From: Sminthopsis crassicaudata | Taxonomy: Eukaryota | Direction: 5' to 3' | Assembly: GCF_048593235.1 (NCBI RefSeq) | Contig: NC_133617.1 | Span: 627,296,958 to 627,360,957, forward strand | Length of the DNA stretch: 64,000 nt | In this document: piece by piece, positions 45,336-56,938 of the stretch | Numbering within the stretch: position 1 is the stretch's first letter | How the letters are laid out: every line of letters starts with the position of its first letter | The notes under the pieces: model-generated | What the model was told of the DNA's origin: nothing | What the model saw: the letters and a program-made list of their open reading frames with translations, nothing else | Database searches by the model: none | Made by a program: the position numbers and the translations under genes

Positions 45336-47217
45336 ATGGCATCCAGTGGCTCTGAAGGGACAGAGATGAAGGGGGACGAGGAGGGCACCTCAGCCCAAGG
45401 CGAAGGGACTGGAACCGCTGCTCCTGGAGCACAGACTGCCTTTCCCCAGACTCCAGCCGGGGCCCAGGACAGCACAGAAAGCCCCCAAATGGTTCCAGAT
45501 TCCATCAGACCATCAGCGGGTGGCCCAGAAGTGGGGACCTCCCCTGAACAGGCAACAAAAACTTCAGAGGTACCAGAAGGGACCCCAAACCCAGCCAAGG
45601 ATACAGACTCCACACCAGACCCAGGAAGTTCATTAGCAGAACAGACCCCGGGAGTAGACTCCCACCTTCCGATAACACCAGAAACCCACAAAGAGTCTAT
45701 GTCAGCCCCAGAAGGGAGAAAAGAGCCACCCCAAGAAGGGAGCAAAGAGTCGCCCCAAGAAGGGAGCAAAGAGTCTGCCCCAAGCCTAGAAGTCAACAAA
45801 GGACCTTCAGAGGCACCTCAGGGGGCCAAGCAGGAACCAGTCCCTGACCTCAGGCCAGCCTCCCAGCCAACATCTCCTGTCCAAAAGGCAACACCCGAGG
45901 ACCTAACGGGGGACCTGATAGAGAAACAAGAGAATGGGGCGGTAGTGCCCATGAAGGCTGGAGAGGAGGACAAAGGCACAAGTCCTCGGCCTCACTCCCC
46001 TCCTCCACCCAAAGGCCCTCCAGCCAATGGGGCACCCCCAAAGGTGATCCAGCAATTGGTAGATGAGGAGAGGGGAGTTGGGGGGCACGGTGCAAAGCCT
46101 GGCTCTCCCAGAGGCAGTCTGAGCCGCCAGCCCAGCTCTCTGCTGGGGGGGCCAGGAGTGGAGGGGGGTGAAGGGACCCCAAAGCCACGTGACTACATCA
46201 TCATCGCCATCCTATCCTGCTTCTGCCCGATGTGGCCAGTCAACATTGTGGCCTTTGCTTATGCCATTATGGTGAGTCCTTGTGAATCCTTACCTTTCCT
46301 TTATCCTAGCTCCCTTATACTTCAGGTGAAGTGCTCTCCAGGTGCCTGATGCAGAAAACCCGGGGAGCAGAGATGGGAATTGGGTGAGGGCATTTATTTC
46401 TGGGCCGCCTCCTCATGGAGCCTGAGAACCGCATCTTCAAAAAATCCTGGGCCTCTCCCTTTAGATCTGTCCTTCTATTCCTCTCCTTTGATTTCATCTT
46501 TCCCTGGCTTTCTCCAAGAGCCTCTGTTTCCCAGGGAGGGGAAAGGGGAAGAAAAAGTTTTTTACCTCATAGTGACCATTTGTTGTCCTTTTCTCCTTCT
46601 TTCCTCTTCTCTCTACACATCGTGACTGCCGTTCTGACTGACTTCACACTGGGTTACCTGACCCTCACCGTGATCCCCAATGTTGTTGGGGACAGTCTCG
46701 GAACAGTCTACAGCAGGGCGATGTGGATGGAGCTCATCGCTTGGGAAGGGTGGCCAAGCTGCTGAGTATCGTGGCATTGGTGGGCGGGATCCTCATCATC
46801 ATTGCCTCCTGTGTCATCAACTTTGGATGTGAGTATGAACTGGAGTTGGTTGGGGAGCGGAGATGGGGATGGGGAAGAAGGTTGGGCAAATGGTGGGTGA
46901 TTATGGTAGAACCCAGAAGTTTCTAGTTAAGGGAGTTGAGTGGGTGGAGAAGGATTGGTTTCTTTGAAGGACTGTGGCTCTGTGGAAATAGAACTAGATC
47001 TGAGGAAAAGTGGAACTGGTTGTTCGTGGAGGTCCAACATCACTAACTTGTACCTGCTCTCTCTATCTCTCCCACCAACATCTCCCTCTCTCTCTGCCTG
47101 TCCTTTCTCTGTATCTGTCTGCCTGTCTTTCTCTGTCTCTATTATCTGTCTCTCTCCCTCCCCACTTCAACATCTCCCCTCCCATCCCTTTCTCTCCTCT
47201 GAACAGTATTTAAATGA
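45336..47217 (+). CDS. PRRT2: Proline-rich transmembrane protein 2 (CD225/dispanin family), 359 aa
   Basis: Exons 45336-46271, 46696-46828, 47207-47217 (1080 nt). Pro/Glu-rich N-terminus, [62 protein letters not shown]-terminus INFGLFK; AATAAA at 48620-48625. Confidence 0.96.
45705..45776 (+). repeat. PRRT2: Coding 24-bp tandem repeat x3 in PRRT2
   Basis: APEGRKEP / PQEGSKES / PQEGSKES; units 2 and 3 differ by one base. Confidence 0.9.
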
Positions 47218-48522
47218 GAAGCTCTACCCTGTGCCCCTCGGACTTTTTCTTCTGAACTACCAGGGGTCCATCTCTTTCCTGGGGTGAGGCCTAATGCTGG
47301 GCCCCACCAGCAGCTCTTGATCCTTCGGAGACCCAGGGAGCTGGAGCAGGGCCTTGTTTACAGTACTCCTTTCCTCTCCTCTCCCTCCCCACTCCCACCT
47401 CATTCATCTCTCCTGGCCCTTCTCTGCTTACCTGCAATCTTCCCTTTTTCCTTCTTTCTACCTCCTTGTCCACCTTTTCTTACTCCTTCCCCATCTCCCT
47501 TTCCCTTATTCATCTTCCTTATTTTCTTCCTATATTCTCAGCCTCTCTTCCTCTTTTTCCATAGCCTTCTCCCAAACTCTTTTCTTCTCATTTTGTCATT
47601 CCCAGTCTCAATCTAGCCTTTTCTCTCATTTCCCTTTCCATTCCCTGCCTCCATTTCTCACCTTGCCTCTCCCCTGAGCATACTACAAAAAACGAATAGA
47701 CTGAAGTGGGGGCTGGGGTGGGAGCCGGGACCCTGGTCCCCGCCTCCAGGTGACAGACTCACCTTTCTGAGAGCCGGCTCTCCTTCTTTCACAAGAAGGG
47801 GGTGACAGAGGCTTTGCTTTGCCCAGTTCAAATTGGGAAAGGGAAAGATGTGAAGACATCCTCCCAGGAATGATATGCAAAAACAACCCCAGCCTATCTC
47901 TCTGACTGTTCAGTCTCTTCAAAGACGATTCCTGGGAGCAGACTAAATGTCTATCCTCCCAATGTCTCCCTGTGAAGCCGAGTACGGGGAGAAAGCTGCA
48001 TTGAGGGGCATGAGGGAAAGGGAGGGGGGTGGGCCTTAGAGAATCTCCTAATTTCGTGGGGGGAGGGAGCCTGGGGTGCATTGCTGTTTGGTCTGCGATG
48101 CCTGTCTTACGTACCACGCATGAGGGAATGTAACTGGGGCGGGTGGTTCCAACCTGGGCGCGTGCTGGCCCAGGCGAATCACCCAGGCGCTGTGCCCTGG
48201 TCCGCATCCCCCTCCCCTGGCTGCCCAAAGGAGAGGATTTTAACAGTTTATTTATGTATTCGTTTATTTATAGGGGGAGGGTTGTGCCATTCACGTGCTT
48301 TGTAAGAAAAAAAAAAAAAAGCCAAAAAATCGGACCAAATGCCCAGCGACTGAGCTGGAAGCCTGGGCTTGTAAGGGGCGTGTCCTCATGGATTTTTTTT
48401 AAGGGGACGAGGGCGACTTTGCCGCACGAGGCGGGGCAAGAGGGTGGGGGTGGGGGTAGGGAGCTACCCGGTCCAGTTGGTAGATTTTTTCTCAAAAAAA
48501 GCGTGGAAAGAAAAACCCCACG

Positions 48523-48558
<36 letters not shown>

Positions 48559-49824
48559 AGCAAAATTATCTTACTGTTCACCCATTTTGTATGGAGGATG
48601 CTGCATGAATCTGAGCACCAATAAACTTGAGATTGTGCATGAGATGTTGTTCCTTCGGTTTCTTCTGTCCATCTGTTCCTCCGCTCCAACCAAGGGCTCT
48701 TCCCTCTCGCCGCAGCTCCACTCCCCCACTCCCCACCCATCTAGGTGATCTTAGGCACATCCCAATCCCATAATTCAGCCGGGTCCCCCGCAGCCCCCTC
48801 TTCCGAGTCTCAATTCCCTCATCTGCAAAATGGGTAGATGCATGCACTGGCTGCCTCCTAGAGTGGTGGTGAAGAAGCAGCTTTGCAAAGCCTAAAGTGA
48901 TACAGAGAAGCGAACGATGGCCCGTCATCTCTAACTACTCTCAAGACCCTCAGAACATCGCGTCTCTCGGAAGGGGGAGGGGAGACGGAAGGAAGGAGTG
49001 GAGCGTACGGCGCAGGGAGAACGAACGAGTCTACGCCAAGCGCATGCTGAGTGCGGTGCGCACGCGCGGCCGTGGCGGCCATCTTAATTCCTGGCAGGCG
49101 CCAGACCCTCGGGATCACAGAGCTTTTGCCTCATCTCCTGGGCCGCGCCTACCAGGGCTCGAGTTGGGGTTGGGGTGAGAAAGGGGGTGGGTAAGGGGCC
49201 GCGCTAGGCGCGCATCGGACCTCCTCGCGCTAGGGACAGGAATGCGGGTAGCTGTCGCGTGGCTGTGGGAGTTGGCCCCGAGATAGACTTCTCGGGGAGG
49301 CGTGTGGATGCGCGCGCCGCGGTCGCTGGGGCGGAGAGTGGGGAGGGGGTGGAGTTAACGTGGGAGAAGCGCGCGCGCGCGTGGACTCTCCTCGCTCGCC
49401 GGCCCATCCCCCCAGGCTTGTCGGTGACTCCCGGGGGGAAACGGGGAGAGGCTGGAGACTCGTCTAGTCTAGGTGTGTGACCTCTCCCGAGACGGTCTCG
49501 TAAATTGGGGGTGGAGGCGTGGCTTTTGTAAAGAACTACTTCCTCCCTAGGCGCTGTGAGATTCCCTAGTCCCGGGGCTGATGTTGAAGTCCTAGAAGTG
49601 GGAGTCGGGGCTGGGGGTGGGAAAAGGGGAGGGGTGCAGCAAACCCTTTCGCCGCCAGCTTGGAGACCCCTCCCTTCCTGCACTTTCCTTTGGGGTGGGG
49701 GAGCCCCCTTGTTGACTTACCTCCCCCTGAGGGCAGACCAGTGTCCCGGTGGCCCTCGATTCCCTGAGCTGTCAGTCACTTAGGGCTTCCTCCCCTGCAG
49801 CGCCAGGACCCTGGCCCAAGGGCC

Positions 49825-51113
49825 ATGGAGTCCTTGGCAGTGGCCGGTGCAGCGCTGGAGCCCGGGGAAGGGGAGGTGACGTCCGGCCTGGAGGCTTTGG
49901 CTGTGGAAGACCCCGCCGGGGCCCCTTCCCGGACGGACTCGACTCCGGAGGCAGAGGAGGAGGGGAGGGAAAGAGCCGGGGAGGAAGTCCAGGTGGAGGT
50001 GGAAGCGGAGGAGCCCGCTCTCGAAGAGGCTCGGGTAGAACCGGCAGGTACGTCCGAGGAAGAGGAGGAGGAAGACGAAGAAGATGAAGGGAAAAAAGAC
50101 TGGTGTGTGCCTTGCAGCGACGAGGAGCTAGAGCTCCCCCGGGACGGAGAGCCCTGGATGCCGCCCCCTGCGGAAATCCGAAAGCTCTACGAGCTGCTGG
50201 CCAGCCAGGGCACTCTGGAACTGCGGGCGGAGATCCTGCCCCGCAGGCCCCCCACTCCCGAGGCCCAGAGTGAGGAGGAGAAGTCCGACGAGGAGCCGGA
50301 GGCGGAGGAGGAGGAGGAGGAAAAGTGAGTGCGGCGGCCGGGCTCGGGAGGGAGAGGGGTGAGCACCTGCGGGCGGGCCTCGCGCCGGGGCTGGGCTGTG
50401 CAGGGCAGGGAGCTGAGGCAGCCGCAGTTAGGGGGTCCTCAGCTAGGACGTGAGGCCGGGTCTTCTCTCGGGACTCCCACTCCTCTAAAGCAGGACTCAG
50501 CATCCCCAGCGAAGGGCCGGAGACCGAGGGAGCTACCGAGCAGGGAGGGAAGGAAGGGGCCGAGAGACCCAGAAAGCGACCCCCCTACTCCTCGGGGTGT
50601 TTAACCGCGGAAGCTGCCTCAGCGCTCTCTCTCGTCCGCCTCAGACCGCACGTACCCACAGAGTTTGACTTTGATGATGAGCCGATGACGCCCAAGAATT
50701 CCCTGATTGACAGAAGACGTACCCCAGGTACGGCACTGGGGAGAGGGCGCGTGAGGGGTGGGGGGGGAGGGGGAGGACCTGGCATGGTGTGGCGCTCCCC
50801 GGCCGCGGTGGAGTCGGTGTCACTGACCTTAGCTGCTGGCCCTCCGGAGCCCCGGGCGCAAGTGGGCGCGAGGCGCGGGGTCCTCAGCCTTCCCCTCCCG
50901 TGCGCTCGTCTAGGGAGCTCGGCCCGGAGCCAGAAGCGCGAGGCCCGCCTGGATAAGGTTCTCTCCGACATGAAGCGGCACAAGAAGCTGGAGGAGCAGA
51001 TCCTCAGGACGGGCCGAGACCTCTTCAGCCTGGACTCCGAGGAGCCCTCGCCCTCGAGCACTCCAGTGCGACCGAGCGGAGGCGGGCTCTTCCTGAGGCA
51101 GAGGAAATACTGA
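49825..51113 (+). CDS. PAGR1: PAXIP1-associated glutamate-rich protein 1, 260 aa
   Basis: Exons 49825-50324, 50645-50727, 50914-51113 (783 nt). [81 protein letters not shown], ends RQRKY; AATAAA at 51269-51274. Confidence 0.95.
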
Positions 51114-51604
51114 CGGCGGGGGCTCCCCCCCGAAGCCCCCTGGCGCGCGCGCTTGTTCGCGGCCGCTGGCCCGGGAGCCCGAGGAAGCGTGGGGGCCGAG
51201 CGCGTTTCGGTGGGGGGTCTGTCCCGCGCATTGCGTTCTGGGTTTTTATACCAGTAGTTAAGTGTCTGAATAAAGACTGTGCACTCTGCCTCGGCACTTC
51301 CCTCCGCTCCGGGGCCGCGGAGGCTCGTCCGGCGGAGAAAGCCCCACGCTCCGCGGCTTCGCCGCTCCCTCCCCTTCCCCTCCGCGAGCTGGACTAGTGA
51401 GCCCCAGGATTCCCAGGAGATGGATGACCGAGACTCTTGACCAAAACTTTGGCTCTTCCTCCCAGACTCCCAAAATCATGAGTGTGAGAAGTGGAGCCCT
51501 AACAGCCGAGAGCTTCCCCGCGGAGGCAGCGCCTCAACTCGCCCCTCACTCCATGGGCCCTTTAAATGCTCGGGTTCCACCCCTCCCGGTCGGGCCCGAG
51601 CTGC

Positions 51605-51723
51605 CAGGAAGTCTATAAAAGCCGGCCGGGAGGAGGCGGGCGGGGGAAGCTCCGCGACTCTCTAGGCATGAAACGTCGGCCGCGCAGACCGCACCTCCTG
51701 CCCAGTGGCTCCGACACCCCCTC
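51605..51723 (+). promoter_or_regulatory. MVP: Putative MVP promoter and first exon
   Basis: ETS caggaagt 51605-51612, TATAAAA 51614-51620, GC box; donor CTC|GTAAGT at 51723; second strong donor CAG|GTGAGT at 51893. Confidence 0.6.
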
Positions 51724-54700
51724 GTAAGTGTTCTCTGGCTCCTGCTTCACACGGCCCTCTGCCCCCCTACTTTTCTTAAGGAGCCTGGGCGGGGTGGGAG
51801 GATAGACGTCTCTGTGACCCGAGGCCGGAATCCTGGCAGTGCCCGGGAGGCCGGAGAAAGTGTAGCAAGCAGCAGCCGGGAAGGGGCCCCCAGGTGAGTT
51901 GCCCCCGCCCCTTCTCCCCTTCCCCAGTGGCTAATGCCGTAGCCCTCCCTGTAATGGATTCGGTGCTATCTCCAGGGCGGTGCTCTCCTGTTCTGGATAG
52001 GGCCCCTGGAGGAGTGGGTGTGTGCTGAGGGTGAGGGCCTTGGGGGTGCACAGAGAAATCCCGACCTGCCGGGTCTGTAAAAATGACCTCCTAAGGGAAG
52101 GGCCCATCGTCCGGCCTTTATAGTAGAAGAGCTTCCCCCGCGTCTAAGGCGCCAGTTTAATGCTGCTCCCTTTCTCTGTCCTTGGGAGACACTTTTGCAC
52201 TTGGCTCCCCGGCACTCTGTACCGGCCAGACTGAGAAGGAATGCACTGTCTGCCCATCAAGCTCCTGTTCTCCCCTCTCCTAGGAGGGGGTCCCGCTTTG
52301 GGGTCAGCCTCAGGGCTGATTTTAGCAGTCACCCCAGCTAACTTCTTCCTCTTAAACTTGACCCCAAATGGAGCTGACTAGGGAGATTGTCACTTCATGC
52401 TTTTGTATGTCTGTGTAACTGTATTCTCTGAGTTCAGGGTGATATTAGGAAATCCTCTAGAATACTCCTCTGCTCTAATTTTACAGTTTCCTTTATCAAT
52501 CTTTGGCCCACAATCTGGGCCCAAGTCCTCCAAGCCAAGAGTTGTCCCTGGACCCACCCTTTTAATCAAGGTCTCTAATGGTGACTCATTCTGGCTTTCT
52601 CATTGGGTTAGCCCAGAGGAAAAGCAGGAAGTAAAACCGATGGAAATCGAAAGGGCTTTTAGAAATCATATAACTGCATCCTGGGAGGGCCCTTAGAGAT
52701 TATAACTCTCCTTTTGCATATAAGGAAATATCTAAGAAAGAGGAAAAAATATATTATATTCTGACTCGTACTCTTCACCACAATCTCCTCAACAAGTTTC
52801 TCAAGGGTTTCTCAAATCTTAGTCGTCTGATCTATAGCCAATAAGAGGTGTAGTGGGTAGAACTGGGAACTTACTGAGTTCAAATATGGCCTCAGACCCT
52901 TAATAGTTGTGTGAGCCTGGGCACATCACATTACTAATCTCAGGCTCAATTAATTGTATTTTCCTCAGAGGGTGATTCTTCGTTATATATTAAGTATAAA
53001 AAGCTATTGCTAGCTGTAATAATTTGTTTTTAAATGGAACTGCCTGCTCCCAGAAATAAAAGCATATTGAGATAAATGCTATCAGGTGCCCCCAAAGTGT
53101 CTATTGTGAATGTAAAGATGAGGTAGATGGGATGTAATATCTTTCAAAGGCAAGTTATAAACAAGATATTATTAAAAGAAGTTCATGGATCTTTCAACAA
53201 AAGTTTAAAAAAGCACCTGTTGTGTCCTGGGCACTGGGACAGAGCATGAGAGAGCTACTCCAGCATAAAAGATGAAGTGGATTGGGAGTCAAGAAACACA
53301 AAATACCTATTCTGTGCAAGTACTGTGTGCTCTAGATACTAATGGGGGAAAAGTTCTTGATCTTGAGGGATTCCCAGGGGCAGGGAAAACAACTACAGAG
53401 TAAATTGGAGGTAGCATTGAGGAGGACTGGAAAAGTCCCTTGTGAAACTTTTAGGGAATCCAGGAGACAGATATGAAGAAGGATTGCATACTAGACCAAT
53501 GGGAATAGCCAGTGAAAAAGCTTAAGTTCAAGAGGTGAGTGTCTTATTCAAGGAAGAGGAAAGAGGTCAGTGTCTACTGAATTTTAAAATTAGAAGTGAG
53601 TAAAGAAGATTGAAAAGGAAACAGTTTGTGAAGATCCTTAGAAGCCAAACAGAGGAGCCCTGGAAGAAATAGAATTAGAATTGGAATAGAACCATTAGAA
53701 TTGGGGGAAGGAGGTCACACTTGTACTTTAGAAAAATCATTTTGATGATTGAGTACAGGATTTACTGAGGTGGGAGAAAACAAGAAGTAGTGTTATACTT
53801 GATAGTAAAAAGTAAATTAGTAAAAGGAGAGGGGAGAGAAAGATTGAGTTTTAAAAGTCTATGGGACGGACAATTCTAGATGTTCTGTAAAAAGATGGAG
53901 ATGAGGGTAACATTTGTTAGCTATGTTACCCTAGGCTGTGTTGGTGATGGGCCCTTTTCCTTAAAGGGAATATCTCTTCCTCAGCAAGATGGGGGGTAAA
54001 TGGTTCCCAGCAGTATAGGGGTGAATCTTAACTTAAAAGAATTTGAAATTGATAGGGAAGCTTGACCTTTGGAACAGTCTTCTGCAAAAGCTAAGGTACT
54101 GTCCCCTGGGGGGAGGAGAGGAGGTCTGAATCCTTTCCTGATTCTGGCTGATTTCAATTAAAACACTGTGATGGGGGAAACCTGAAATAACTGAGAAAAC
54201 AAAGGTTTGAGCTTCCAAGTATATCAGTTTATTAAGCAAAGCATGTCAGTTGCATGCCAGATCAGAACCAGACTTCCCCAGCTTGACCCTGGACCCTAAA
54301 TAGAAGGGAGATATATTAAAAGAAAACAACAGGATATAAACTAGGATTCAAGATTAGGTAATCTGATTTCTAATTGGAAGAAAGATAAAGGGTTTTTAAA
54401 CTAGGCAGGGGAGAATGAATGGGTACAATTTCCTAAAATCAGGGAAAGAGGTTTCCCCTCTGCCCTAAGTGTCTATATTCAGTCAAAGAAAAAAGAAACA
54501 ATAACTCTTGGACCAGTACTGAATCAGTTTTCAATTTGCTTTAGTCATATAACTATGAGAAAACTCCTTGCATTAGTCTTCAGGTCTGACTGGGTCAGTA
54601 TAACTTGGTCCTTAGTTAAGGGTCTCTAAGCAGCAGATAGAGATAGTCCAGTTTCCCAGCAATGAAGGGCTAGGTTTCAGTAATGCAATAAGTAAATAAT

Positions 54701-55345
54701 AACGCAATAACGTTTTTTCACAAGAAAAATTGGACTAAACCCATAAATGAATAGAAAGGGAAATGAGCCAGATCCAGACTTGTCATAAAATAGTGTGTGG
54801 TTCATTCCATTTCCATATTCTGTGTGTCAGTTTCTTCACTTGTCAGATGTGAGGGTTGAATTCCATAGCCTCAGAAGTCCTTTCCAAATAATAAATCTCT
54901 GAGCCTGTGAATCTTAGCATCATAGTTTGCTGTTACATATGCCAAACGAAAGCAATATTTCAATATGAATGCACTGATGAAGTACCAAGTGCCATGTGAA
55001 ACTCAAGGAGGACAATTGAGGTAAATGGGGTAAAACTTACACAATTTTCATTGTCTTTGAAATGGGCATTAATGGAGGAATAGGGATTCAACAGACTAAG
55101 AGGGACAGAGAAAGCATTCTGGGCATAGGAAACAGTGTAAGCAAAGTATTGGTAGTGAATGAGTAATGAATATTTGGGCTGCTGCCAGATAATGAAAAGC
55201 CTTGAATAACAGAAGAATTCAGGCTTTACCAGTATGAAACCATTGAAGACTTTTGAACAGAGAAAGTGACCTATGGTTATAGAGGTGGAGGAGAAAAAAA
55301 CCTTAGAAGTCATCTAGTTTAACCCCTTTGTTTTTTGTTTTGACT

Positions 55346-55349
<4 letters not shown>

Positions 55350-55380
<31 letters not shown>
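55350..55380. repeat. (TA)n microsatellite
   Basis: About 14 TA units. Confidence 0.95.
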
Positions 55381-55381
<1 letters not shown>

Positions 55382-56441
55382 CTTTATAAATCATTTTGGG
55401 AGAAAAAAATCAGCAAAAGGGAAAACCATGAAAAAGATTTTAAAAAACAAAAAAGAAGTGAGCATAACATGTATTGATTTACATTCAGTCTCCCTAGTTT
55501 TTTTTCTAGATGCAGATGGCATTTTCTGTCCAAAGTCTATTGGGATTGCTTTGGATCACTGAACCCTGAGAAGAATCAAATCTGTCATAGTTGATCGAAC
55601 AGTCTTGCTATTATTGTGTACAATGTATTCCTAATTCTGCTTGTTTCAATCAGCATCAATTCGTATAAATCTTTCCAAGCTTTTCTAAAATCAGCTTGTT
55701 CATTATTTTTTATAGAACAATAATATTCCATTATCTTCATATACCAAAACTTGTTCAGTCATTCCTCAATTGATGGACATTTACTCATTTTCCAGTTCTT
55801 TCCTATCACACATTTTTACACATGTCCCTCCTTTATGATTTCCTTACAAATTCCTTTTTTGTACAGATGAGTAAACTGAATCCTAGGGAAGTTAAGTCAC
55901 ATAGTGAATGAAGATTCAAGCCAACATGTTGAATCTCAAATCTAGCCATCTTTCTTACTACTCTAACCTTCCTTCATGAACCATCAGTTGTGCCTAAGAT
56001 TATTTTGGTATTAGGGATTCAGCACTCAGAAGAGAGAGACAAATTTAGTTTAGGAGTTCTTTTTTTTTTTTTTTCCCCCTATGAAGTAAGTCCTGCCCCC
56101 CCCCCCCCACCAGGTAGGGAATTCCAGAGATCAACCCCTCTCTTTTCCCCCTTGCCTCTTAGAAAAACTTCTGTCCCACTTTTGGAATGCAGCCAAGGCA
56201 ATACTTGGAGAAAGTTTATGTCTCTAAATGTAGAGAGAAAGAGCATATGAATAAAATGAGCATACAGCAAAAAAAATTTTTAAAAAGTCCTAAAAAAAGA
56301 ACAAAATAAAAATCCCTAATTAAACATCTAAATGAAATCCTGAAAATCAAAGAAGAAATTTAAAAAATTGAAAGTGAGCAAATAAATAAAATGCAACTAC
56401 TTTTGTGGGGGGAAATGGTTAATTTGATTTTTTTAATTGTA

Positions 56442-56938
56442 TTTTGTTTTTTGCTGAACACCACTTAATACTTGAGGTTAAGTGACTTGCCCAGGATCAC
56501 ACAGCCAGGAACTATTAAGTGTCTGAGGTCAAATGTGAATTCAGGTTCTCTTGACTTAAGGGCTGGTGCTATATACTACACCAACCAGCCTGCCCCTAAT
56601 TTTATTTTAAAATTTTAAAAAGAAACCAAATTACTAATATCAAATGAAAAGGGTGAATGTACCACCAATGAAAATTAAATTAAAGCAACTATTAGGAGTA
56701 ATTTTATCTAATTATATGCCAGTAAAATTGACAATTTCAGTGAAATGGATGTCTATTTACAAAAATATAACTGGGTTAAGAAAAAATAAAATCTTAAATA
56801 ACCTTTTTTTTTTTTTTTGAGGCAGTTGGGGTTAAGTGACTTGCCCAGGGTCACACAGCTAGGAAGTGTTAAATGTCTGAGGTCTGTTTGAAACCAGGTC
56901 ATCCTGACTGAAAGCTGTTGCTCTATTCACTGTGCCAC
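56442..56938 (-). mobile_element. Two adjacent antisense WSINE1-type SINEs within old L1 sequence (about 56442-56596 and 56804-56938)
   Basis: Reverse-complement CORE ggttaagtgacttgccca...cacacagc and T tails; flanking L1 ORF2 remnants extend to about 57560. Confidence 0.8.

Larger units (their letters stand above)
48900..51900. promoter_or_regulatory. CpG island spanning the PAGR1 promoter, the whole PAGR1 gene and the MVP promoter
   Basis: Continuous high CG density; NRF1-like gtgcgcacgcgc at about 49056-49067; YY1-like gcggccATCTT at about 49075-49085. Confidence 0.85.

Noticed and set aside
43811-45369. Long ORFs in the PRRT2 promoter/intron 1 and antisense to PAGR1 (49772-50503)
   Set aside because: GC-island and antisense shadow ORFs with low-complexity products.
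47360-47680. Long polypyrimidine tract in the PRRT2 3'UTR as H-DNA or a PTB platform
   Set aside because: No clear mirror symmetry; indistinguishable from low-complexity sequence without conservation data.
53940-54630. Possible antisense LTR in MVP intron 1 (another at about 57560-57750)
   Set aside because: Composition and a minus-strand AATAAA are suggestive, but I could not define termini or a TSD.
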